This document shows, in pieces, positions 1-6,393 of a stretch of DNA of 32,000 bases. The position numbers and the translations under genes are program-made. The stretch is taken from assembly GCA_021789895.1 (NCBI GenBank), contig JAJYIU010000010.1:1246-33245 (forward strand), given 5' to 3'. The notes beneath the pieces were generated by a model. It did not search any database and was not told the origin of the DNA. It saw only the letters and a list, made by a program, of their open reading frames with translations. Source of the stretch: Acidobacteriota bacterium. GTDB taxonomy: Bacteria > Acidobacteriota > Terriglobia > Terriglobales > SCQP01. Position 1 is the stretch's first letter. Each line of letters starts with the position of its first letter.

Positions 1-726
1 CCGGCCGCATTCGACGCCTGCCTGGATAGCGGCCGCATGGCCGCGCGCGTCCGGCAGGATGTTGCCGATGGCACTGCCCTGGGCGTGCGCGGCACGCCTA
101 CTTTTTTCATCAACCGCCGCGCCCTCATCGGCCCGCCCCGCTATGCTCAACTGCAGCGCCTCATAGAACAAGGACTTAGCGGGCAATCGCCTGGCTCTGA
201 GGCTCAAATTCACCCCTCCGTTGGCGCATCCGCTCCGCCGCCGCCCCTTGCCCCCGCCGCCGGCCAGCCGCCTGCGGCTCAGTCCCCGGCTTCTCTCCCG
301 TCACCGTCCGGCTCCGGTTTCGGCGGTAATTTGTTCGCCAATGCCGATCCGCTGACCTGCAATGTGAACGAGGCCAAACTCGTAAAGCCGGTCATGATCC
401 ATACCCCGGAAGCGAAAATTCTCTACCAATCCACTGCCCGGCCTTTGTTTATAGACGTTCGCATGGCTTCGGATTTCGCCCGCGGCCATATCCCCGGTGC
501 CGTCAATATCCCGATTGAAGATTTCGCCGCCCGCAGCGCCCGCCTTCCCCGGTCCAAAACCATCGTCCTGTACGAAAGCGGCGCCGGCGTAGGCGAAGAC
601 GCCTGCGCTTTCAGCCGCGCTGCCGCCCGCATCCTGCTGGCTCGCGGTTTCAGCCCGGCCAGGGTGAAGGTGTACCAGAGTGGACTGCTCGCCTGGCAGC
701 GCGCCGGCCTTCCCGTCGCTAAATAA
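1..726 (+). CDS. DsbA-like thioredoxin-fold domain (C-terminal part) joined by a Pro/Ala-rich linker to a rhodanese-like domain; 5' end truncated by the window
   Basis: Frame 1 is open from base 1 (PAAFDACLDSGR precedes the Met at 37). GVRGTPTFFINRR matches the C-terminal DsbA-family motif. FIDVRMASDFARGHIPGAVNIP...TIVLYESG is a rhodanese-fold signature. Stop TAA at 724-726. Confidence 0.8.
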   Translation, partial: PAAFDACLDSGRMAARVRQDVADGTALGVRGTPTFFINRRALIGPPRYAQLQRLIEQGLSGQSPGSEAQIHPSVGASAPPPPLAPAAGQPPAAQSPASLPSPSGSGFGGNLFANADPLTCNVNEAKLVKPVMIHTPEAKILYQSTARPLFIDVRMASDFARGHIPGAVNIPIEDFAARSARLPRSKTIVLYESGAGVGEDACAFSRAAARILLARGFSPARVKVYQSGLLAWQRAGLPVAK

Positions 727-731
727 CCGGG

Positions 732-754
732 CGCCCCGCATGAGGCGGCGTTTT
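732..754 (+). terminator. Possible weak intrinsic terminator after the DsbA/rhodanese gene
   Basis: CGCCCC-GCATGA-GG(C)GGCG forms an imperfect GC stem of about 6 bp with one bulge. It is followed by TTTT (751-754), 6 nt after the stop codon. Confidence 0.3.
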
Positions 755-1007
755 GATCGGGTTTTATAAGTTAGTAAACACCCGTGTGGAAGCCGTTCCG
801 GAGTGTGTCTGTAAACTATAGCAATCCCTCGGAAAATATTTATCGAGGTAACGTTTTATTTTTTAATATGCGTTTTTTCATTTATTATGAATTTTCTCCT
901 CGAAAATACTGGCTGAAATTGACTTTCGTTTATTGTTCGCCTTATGTAGCATTTATGTAATTGATATATCTTAACTTATAAATAAAAAGCTCATCTTTGG
1001 ATTGCCA

Positions 1008-1016
1008 TGCTATAAT
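1008..1016 (+). promoter_or_regulatory. Extended -10 promoter-like element (TGcTATAAT) pointing toward the tandem modules
   Basis: TG at 1008-1009 and a perfect TATAAT at 1011-1016 lie inside the AT-rich tract. No good -35 hexamer is seen (AGCTCA at 17-bp spacing). No experimental support. Confidence 0.3.
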
Positions 1017-1169
1017 GGGGCTTTAGAGTCAGAAGACTCGAATTAGCCGTCTTAAGCCGGCGCGCTCTTTGACAATTCGTCGTATCCATTGCCGCAGCCG
1101 TTACGCGCGGGATTGCCAACGAGGTTGAACGCTGGCCCGCGCGCGAACAGGCACCGGTCAATCAGGGTC

Positions 1170-1290
1170 ATCCAGGGTCATCTCAGGGGCATCTTGAATT
1201 AGCAGATGGCACTGACTATATTGCTGACAATAATGCCCTTAACTGCAATAGGGTCATCTGTGCCATCTTTTTTGTATTTCCCCCTCATAC
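1170..1290 (+). repeat. Copy 1 of a tandem ~121-bp structured module
   Basis: Hand alignment with 1318-1440 gives identical blocks ATCCAGGGTCA, CTCAGGGGCATCT, AGATGGCACTG, ATAGGGTCATCT and CATCTTTTTT at the same offsets. Hairpin CATCT(1190-1194)/AGATG(1204-1208). Hairpin TATTG-CTGA-CAATA (1219-1232). AGATGGCAC (1204-1212) is the exact complement of GTGCCATCT (1260-1268), which abuts a T-run (1268-1273). Confidence 0.8.
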
Positions 1291-1317
1291 TTCCTTGGCG
1301 TTGTTCTCCTTTCGGAA

Positions 1318-1440
1318 ATCCAGGGTCAACTCAGGGGCATCTCTAAATCAGAGATGGCACTGTATATCTGATTGGCGCATCAGGGCTTACTATCGATAGG
1401 GTCATCTTGTACATCTTTTTTATCGTTTTCCCTCAACAAC
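1318..1440 (+). repeat. Copy 2 of the tandem ~121-bp structured module
   Basis: Same block order as copy 1, shifted by 148 bp. Hairpin CATCTCT-AAATC-AGAGATG (1338-1356). Hairpin CTGAT-TGGCGC-ATCAG (1368-1383) sits at the position equivalent to the copy-1 hairpin but has a different sequence. T6 at 1416-1421. Confidence 0.8.
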
Positions 1441-1455
1441 TGCGAGTGTATGCTG

Positions 1456-1472
1456 CCGGCGCGCCGCGCCGG
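1456..1472. terminator. GC-rich palindromic hairpin about 28 nt beyond the ssrA 3' end; possible non-canonical or bidirectional terminator
   Basis: CCGGCGCGCCGCGCCGG is a perfect 17-nt palindrome (7-bp GC stem with a 3-nt loop). No U-tract follows on either strand. Confidence 0.3.
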
Positions 1473-1499
1473 ATCTTAAGTCTATGTAGGAATGTGTTT

Positions 1500-1849
1500 T
1501 GGTGGAGGCGGTGGGAGTTGAACCCACGTCCGAGAGTGCTGCCAGACCAGAGCCTACGTGTGTAGTCCGTTCCGCGTGTCTCGCCGTCTCCAATTAGAAC
1601 GAACAAGAATCGGATTCAGCCAGCCTGTGGATCTCGCCCTGCTGCGCCCAGGCCCGCGCCGCCGGCCAGCCCACTAAGATGACGCTCAGTTGCGGCTTAT
1701 GGGCTCGCCGCAGTGAACGCGTTGCTTAAAAATTAAGCAGCGTATGCCAGTTGTTGATTGGCATTTCAGGGTTTCCATGCGCTTGCGGGTGCATGGCGCC
1801 CGACACGCCTCTCGTCCTCATCCACTCCCGTCGAAACCGGGACGCCCCC
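1500..1849 (-). ncRNA. ssrA: tmRNA (transfer-messenger RNA, SsrA)
   Basis: The minus strand reads 5'-GGGGGCGUCCCGGUUUCGACGGGAG...GGACGUGGGUUCAACUCCCACCGCCUCCACCA-3'. The acceptor stem GGGGGCG/CGCCUCC includes the G3:U wobble used by AlaRS. A T-arm GGGUUCAACUCCC and an encoded CCA are present. The tag reading frame GCC AAU CAA CAA CUG GCA UAC GCU GCU UAA (1762-1733) gives ANQQLAYAA*. The stop lies in the GCUUAA/UUAAGC hairpin. Confidence 0.95.
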
Positions 1850-1865
1850 TTTGCTAATCGTTGTT

Positions 1866-1874
1866 ATTGTAACA
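1866..1874 (-). promoter_or_regulatory. Candidate extended -10 promoter (TGtTACAAT) for ssrA
   Basis: The minus strand reads TGTTACAAT, then 16 nt, then the mature 5' G at 1849. This implies a ~9-10 nt leader that RNase P would remove. No convincing -35. Confidence 0.3.
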
Positions 1875-1966
1875 CTTTATTCAATGTGCCTCGGCGGACG
1901 TGGATTCAGGCCGCTCGGCAACGTTGACCAACCTTGACCGCACCCGGCAACCCGTATTCTATTCCC

Positions 1967-4108
1967 ATGGTTCGCTGCTGTTGTGTATTGCTGTTTGTAG
2001 TGGCGATGGCGGGCATGACGCGCGCCCAATCCCCCTGCCGTCTTCTATCCGCCAATGCCCATGCCTGGCTGCGAAGTGCCGGGGCCGAGCCCGCCGCCTC
2101 CGCGGCGCTTCGCCGGTGTGCGCTCCGCAGCCGCAGCCCTCGCCGCCGCGCCTTGGCCAGCCTCGCCCTGGCGGTTGGAGCAGCCCGGCGCAATCTGCTG
2201 CCCCAGGCGGCAGCCGGTTTTCAAGCCGCCCGCCAGTATGCCCCGCTTGAAGATGTTGCCCGCTTTGAGCAAGGCCGCGAATTGCTGCGCCATAGCCAGC
2301 CGGCCGCGGCTCTGCAACCGCTGTTGGGCTTTCTCCAAGGTGAGCGCTCCAGTCCCCTGCGCCGCGCTGCCCTGCTGGCCGCGGTTCAGGCCGCGGAGCA
2401 GATTGGCAACTGGCCGGTGGTGCTTCAGCTCGTGCGGGCGCTGCCGTATTCCCCGCAACTGGAATTCTGGCGCGGTGAAGCCGATGAGGCCCTGGCTCGC
2501 GTCCCGCAAGCCGTGGCGGCGTATGAGCGCGTCTATTTCGATTCGCCGGCCTCTGCCGCGGCTTCGCTGGCCGGCCGGCGCTTGGCCGCCCTCTGGCCGC
2601 ATCTCCCAGGGCCCCGGCCCGGCTGGCAGCTCTATTTCCAGCGCGGCCTCCGGCTGTTGCGCAGCGGGCGGGCCTCGGACGCGGCTGCGGCGTTCCGCCA
2701 GGCGCAGGCGCTGGCGCCGGCGGCGGCGCAGTCCCGCTTCCTCCTGCCGCTTGTCGAAACCGACTTCGCCCTGCGCCGGAATGCTGCTGTCGGGCGCCTC
2801 CTGCCGGCGCTCGCCCAAAGTGGCTTTCGCGCTCAAGCTGCTTGGTTCCAACTGCGCCTGGATTTGCGCCGGAACCAAATGGCGGCGGCGGAAAATGAGT
2901 TGCGCCGCCTGGCTCGGGATCGCGCCGCGCTTCGGCTCTACTCCCGCGCGCTCGTTTTGGTCGCGGATACCGAGTTGAACCAGCATTCCCTGCTTGGCGC
3001 CCAACACTGGTTCGATGCCTACGCCGCCCGCTTCCCTCATTCCTCCTTCGCCGCCTCCGCCGCCTGGCGCTCCGCCTGGCTGGCCTACCGCCTGCGTCAG
3101 CCTTCCGCGCGTCTGCGGCTTGAGCGTTATCTGCTTCTCTATCCCCGCGCCCGCGACGCCGGCGATGCGCTCTATTGGCTCGGCCGCATCTCCCAGCGGC
3201 AGGGCCGTTTGGGCCTCGCCGCGGAATGCTTCCGCGCCGCGATGTCGCGTTACCCGCAAACCTATTTCGGCCGCTTGGCCGCGCGGCGGGCGTCGCGCCT
3301 GCGCCGCCGGCGGCTTCAACATCTGCCGCGCTTCTTTTACCGCCTGGTACGGCCCGCTTCCGTGCCCCCGCCGGCGCCGCTGCCCGCTTCTGCATTGCGC
3401 GCCTGGCGGCGCAGTCATTGGCTCGCCGCCATCTGGCTTCCGCATCTCGCCATTCGCTTGCTGCTGCCGCAGTTCTGGCGCTTTCCCCGCTCGTTGCTGC
3501 TGGCTGAAACCTTATCCGCCTGGGAGGCGCAAAACCGTAACTATGCCGCCTCGATTGCGGACCTCCAGCAGGTGCTGCCGCCGGCCGAACGCTTGTCGCT
3601 GGCGCAGTTGCCCCTGCCGCTGTGGCGCCGGCTCTATCCCTTCCCCTTTCCCGGGCCGACCGCGCGTGCCGCCCGCCGCTTTGGTTTCTCAGTCCCGCTG
3701 CTGTTGGGCCTGATCCGCCAGGAATCGGGTTTCAACCCGCGCTCCCTTTCCTATGCGCATGCGCGTGGGCTGATGCAGCTTGAGTTGGCTACCGCCCAGG
3801 CGCACGAGCGCCTGGTGGGCCGCCGGCGGCTACGCGCTGCGGACCTGTTTACGCCGGGCTTGAACCTGCAGCTCGGTGCGGCGGAATTGGCTGCCCTGCG
3901 CCGGCATTTCCACCGCAGCCTGGTTTATATGCTCGCCGCCTACAACGCCGGGCCGCATGCCGTAGATAGCTGGCTGGCCGCCGGCCGCCCCGGCTCCGAA
4001 GCCCGTTTCATCGAATCCATTCCTTACGTGCAAACCCGCCATTATGTGCAGACCGTGCTCAGCAACGCCCGCCTGTATGCCCTGCTCTACCATCGCCCTC
4101 CGCGCTGA
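1967..4108 (+). CDS. Soluble lytic murein transglycosylase (Slt70-like: long helical/TPR-like N-terminal region plus C-terminal SLT domain)
   Basis: The C-terminus LLLGLIRQESGFNPRSLSYAHARGLMQL...MLAAYNAGPHAV is the SLT/GEWL catalytic signature with the Glu. ATG at 1967 gives the signal-peptide-like MVRCCCVLLFVVAMAGMTRAQS. The track start at 1934 is a TTG. Confidence 0.85.
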   Translation: MVRCCCVLLFVVAMAGMTRAQSPCRLLSANAHAWLRSAGAEPAASAALRRCALRSRSPRRRALASLALAVGAARRNLLPQAAAGFQAARQYAPLEDVARFEQGRELLRHSQPAAALQPLLGFLQGERSSPLRRAALLAAVQAAEQIGNWPVVLQLVRALPYSPQLEFWRGEADEALARVPQAVAAYERVYFDSPASAAASLAGRRLAALWPHLPGPRPGWQLYFQRGLRLLRSGRASDAAAAFRQAQALAPAAAQSRFLLPLVETDFALRRNAAVGRLLPALAQSGFRAQAAWFQLRLDLRRNQMAAAENELRRLARDRAALRLYSRALVLVADTELNQHSLLGAQHWFDAYAARFPHSSFAASAAWRSAWLAYRLRQPSARLRLERYLLLYPRARDAGDALYWLGRISQRQGRLGLAAECFRAAMSRYPQTYFGRLAARRASRLRRRRLQHLPRFFYRLVRPASVPPPAPLPASALRAWRRSHWLAAIWLPHLAIRLLLPQFWRFPRSLLLAETLSAWEAQNRNYAASIADLQQVLPPAERLSLAQLPLPLWRRLYPFPFPGPTARAARRFGFSVPLLLGLIRQESGFNPRSLSYAHARGLMQLELATAQAHERLVGRRRLRAADLFTPGLNLQLGAAELAALRRHFHRSLVYMLAAYNAGPHAVDSWLAAGRPGSEARFIESIPYVQTRHYVQTVLSNARLYALLYHRPPR

Positions 4109-4110
4109 GA

Positions 4111-4626
4111 TTAATGCACCAGTCCCAGCTTGCTCGGCGGCCAATAGCAGAACACCGCTTTGCCTACGATCAGGCGCTCCGGCACCATCCCCCAATCGCG
4201 GCTGTCGTCGGAAGCGGTGCGATGATCGCCTAACACGAAAAAATCGCCCGCGGGTATGCGCGTCCGCGGGTAATCGGCGCGGCCGCGCCAGCCGCCGCGC
4301 AAATACGGCTCCGATAGCCGCCGCGAGTTGACGTACACCACCCCTCGCCGTATCCGCACCCAATCGCCGGGCAGGCCGATCACCCGCTTGATAAAGCAGG
4401 TGCGGGGATTCAAGGGAAAGTAAAATACCACCACGTCGCCGCGCCGTATGGGAGTGACGCGATAGAGAAAATGGTTGATCAGCAGCCGTTCGTGATTCGC
4501 CAGGCAGGGTTGCATGCTGTCGCCGGCGACTCGAACCGGCTGATAGCAGGTCACCACCAGCAGCGGCGCCAGCACCAGGCCCAGCAGCAGGTCGCGCGCC
4601 CAGAGTCCCTTGAAAGGGCGTAGCAT
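4111..4626 (-). CDS. lepB: Signal peptidase I (S26 family)
   Basis: N-terminal TM segment, catalytic Ser box GDSMQPCL, Lys box FIKRVIGLPGD, and C-terminal GDHRTASDDSRDWGMVP. Confidence 0.9.
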   Translation of the reverse strand: MLRPFKGLWARDLLLGLVLAPLLVVTCYQPVRVAGDSMQPCLANHERLLINHFLYRVTPIRRGDVVVFYFPLNPRTCFIKRVIGLPGDWVRIRRGVVYVNSRRLSEPYLRGGWRGRADYPRTRIPAGDFFVLGDHRTASDDSRDWGMVPERLIVGKAVFCYWPPSKLGLVH

Positions 4627-4675
4627 CGTGGCCTCATCCTAGCCGATTCCATCGCCGTCTGCCATCATCGGCCCG

Positions 4676-5443
4676 CTACGCGCGCCTGCCCGATAGCAGG
4701 TCGAAATGGTGGAGCGCGCCCTGGGCCGCAGCCTGCTCGGCCGCCTTCTTCGTCGCGCCTCGCCCTTCGCCGCGGTAGATTCCCTCGATCGCCACCTCGA
4801 CGTGGAAGGTTTTCCCGTGCTCCGGGCCGCTGGCCGAAACTACCTGGTAATGCGGCAAGGGATGGCCCTGCGCATGCGCCCATTCCTGCAGGGCGGATTT
4901 GTAGGCGAACTCATGCAGTTGCCCGATCTGCAGCGCGTCGAGCGAGGGCAGCACGAAATGGTCAATGAAAGCGGCGGCCGATGAATAGCCGCTGTCGCGC
5001 TGGATCGCGCCAATCATGGCTTCCAGGGCATTCGCCAGCAGGCGCAGCTTCCCCCGCCCGCCGACCCGTTCCTCATTTGGACTCAGCCGCAGGTACGCGC
5101 CCAGATCCAGGCGCTCCGCCATTTGGGCGAGATAGCGGGAGCTGACGATCCAGGCGCGCAACCGGCTGAGCTGGCCTTCGCTGCTCTCCGGATAGGCCTG
5201 CAGCAGGCGCTCGCTGGCGCGCAGGCCCAGCACCGCATCCCCCAGAAACTCGAGCAGTTCATTGTCTTCCCGTTCGCCTGCGGTTGTGGTTTGCGTGCTC
5301 CAGGAACGATGGGTTAAAGCCTGCAGCAGCCAGCGCGGCTGGTGAAAGCGATATCCAATGCGCTCCTGCAGGCGCGAAATCGCATCGTGAGCGGAGTCCG
5401 CCGGAGAGGGTTGCGCGGGCGCAGGACGGCGGCGTGCTGTCAT
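4676..5443 (-). CDS. rnc: Ribonuclease III
   Basis: RNase III signature NELLEFLGDAVLGL, the second acidic cluster, and a C-terminal dsRBD (GPEHGKTFHVEVAIEG...GATKKAAEQAAA). Confidence 0.95.
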   Translation of the reverse strand: MTARRRPAPAQPSPADSAHDAISRLQERIGYRFHQPRWLLQALTHRSWSTQTTTAGEREDNELLEFLGDAVLGLRASERLLQAYPESSEGQLSRLRAWIVSSRYLAQMAERLDLGAYLRLSPNEERVGGRGKLRLLANALEAMIGAIQRDSGYSSAAAFIDHFVLPSLDALQIGQLHEFAYKSALQEWAHAQGHPLPHYQVVSASGPEHGKTFHVEVAIEGIYRGEGRGATKKAAEQAAAQGALHHFDLLSGRRA

Positions 5444-5449
5444 GTTCGA

Positions 5450-6376
5450 TCAGTGCGGCGTTGTTGGCGCGGAGTGCGCTGTCGCCGGCGCCGCGGGCGG
5501 CTGCGTGGGCGCGGCCGGCGGCGGTTGCATGCTCCGCCGCACCGCCCCCATTTCGGCGCGTAACTGCGTCTGCAGTCCGGCGTCTTGCGGGGCCAGCGCC
5601 GCGGCTTTGTGCAGCGATGCCAGCGCCTCGGAATACTGGTGCAGCTTGGCCTGCTCCAGGCCCATGCGGAAATAATCGTTGGCCGCGCTGATGCCGGTTT
5701 CGAGCGCGACCGCTTGCTGAAAATAGCCGATCGCCTTCGCCGATTGGCCGCGAACCGAATCAATCCGGCCGAAGGCGCTTTCCGCCGTGGCATGAATCAA
5801 TTTTTGCCAGCCCGCGACCTGGGCGGCCGTCATCGGCGGCTTGCCCATGCCCGGCTTCAGCTTCGCAACTTCCGCCATCGCCCGCCGGGCATAGGATGCG
5901 GCATTGTTCAGCATCTGGTCGCGATTCAGGTCGCTCGGCCGCACCACCATCGGAATCACCGTCGCCAGTTGCATCAGGGCGACTAGTTGATGCGGTTCCC
6001 GCTGGAGGACGCGCTCGCCGTAGCCGATTTCCTGCGCGAATAGGCTGCGCTGGCGAAAGTATTGCATCGCGAGAAAATAAACGCCCCCCAGATAGGGATT
6101 GTGCGGATGTTGCGCCGCGAATGCATCAATGTCCTGCGAAATTCGCGTCGGCTCCAGCTTCGCGTTTTGCATCTCCATCACCAGATTGCGCGCGGCCACC
6201 AGTTGCGGCGGCGGCGGCCCGGCCAGGCTGGGGCGGGCGTTGGCTGGAGCGGGGTTCGGATTCGCCGCCGTTGGCGCCGCCGGCGCGGGTGCGGCGGGCG
6301 CGGCCGCCGTTTGCGCCGCCAGGCCGGCGGCGAAAACCAGAACGAGCAGTGTGGGCAGTGCAGGTTGAATTCTCAT
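5450..6376 (-). CDS. Secreted TPR-like repeat protein with Pro/Ala-rich N- and C-terminal tails
   Basis: ATG at 6376 gives MRIQPALPTLLVLVFAAGLAAQ (signal peptide), 17 nt after the upstream gene's stop. The C-terminal half has TPR-like helices (AIGYFQQAVALE..., YSEALASLHKAAALAP). The track's longer 521-aa version overlaps the upstream gene and is Arg/Pro/Gly junk. Confidence 0.7.
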   Translation of the reverse strand: MRIQPALPTLLVLVFAAGLAAQTAAAPAAPAPAAPTAANPNPAPANARPSLAGPPPPQLVAARNLVMEMQNAKLEPTRISQDIDAFAAQHPHNPYLGGVYFLAMQYFRQRSLFAQEIGYGERVLQREPHQLVALMQLATVIPMVVRPSDLNRDQMLNNAASYARRAMAEVAKLKPGMGKPPMTAAQVAGWQKLIHATAESAFGRIDSVRGQSAKAIGYFQQAVALETGISAANDYFRMGLEQAKLHQYSEALASLHKAAALAPQDAGLQTQLRAEMGAVRRSMQPPPAAPTQPPAAPATAHSAPTTPH

Positions 6377-6393
6377 AAAGAAGTGAAAGATGG

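Noticed and set aside
1081-1140. A possible partial duplicate of the ssrA 3' end (att-site scar): GAGGTTGAACGC versus GGAGTTGAACCC.
   Set aside because: Only about 7 contiguous matching bases, well within chance. This is no convincing direct repeat of the tmRNA terminus.
1052-1171. A 39-codon minus-strand ORF (MTLIDRCLFARGPAFNLVGNPARNGCGNGYDELSKSAPA) with high G/C at third positions. Its ATG lies inside one AGGGTCAT box.
   Set aside because: It is too short, has no recognisable motif and no SD. It may be a gene remnant, so I mention it under the gene-free-stretch finding but do not annotate it.
1204-1224. A sigma54-like -24 element TGGCAC, conserved in both tandem modules, with TTGC downstream in copy 1.
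   Set aside because: The GG-to-GC distance in copy 1 is about 3 nt longer than the strict sigma54 spacing (TGGCAC-N5-TTGC). Copy 2 has no TTGC at all. TGGCAC is better explained as part of the AGATGGCAC stem arm.
1195-1226. A sigma70-like promoter inside copy 1 (TTGAAT-17-TATATT).
   Set aside because: A transcript starting there would lack the upstream arm of the only strong stem before the T-tract. The equivalent positions in copy 2 (TCTAAA / TATATC) are poor matches. It is probably a chance match in AT-rich sequence.
1206-1346. Small ORFs inside the repeat modules. These are a 46-codon hydrophobic plus-strand ORF (MALTILLTIMPLTAIGSSVP...) and minus-strand mini-ORFs of 29 and 18 codons (MRGKYKKDGTDDPIAVKG... 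/ LRENDKKDVQDDPIDSKP).
   Set aside because: The equivalent plus-strand ORF in copy 2 stops after 5 codons. The plus ORF runs through the T6 tract. The amino-acid similarity of the minus-strand ORFs merely reflects the conserved nucleotide blocks. No properly spaced Shine-Dalgarno is present.
1160-1440. Whether the tandem repeats could be a CRISPR array.
   Set aside because: There are only two units of ~121 bp. Similarity is spread in blocks across each unit, rather than short identical direct repeats separating unique spacers. No cas genes are in the window.
1959-3445. Long minus-strand ORFs (478 aa and 466 aa) and alternative plus-frame ORFs overlapping the slt-like gene.
   Set aside because: Their translations are Arg/Pro/Gly/Ala-rich low-complexity sequence with no recognisable motifs. 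The plus-strand frame carries a clear SLT catalytic domain. These are typical shadow ORFs of GC-rich DNA.
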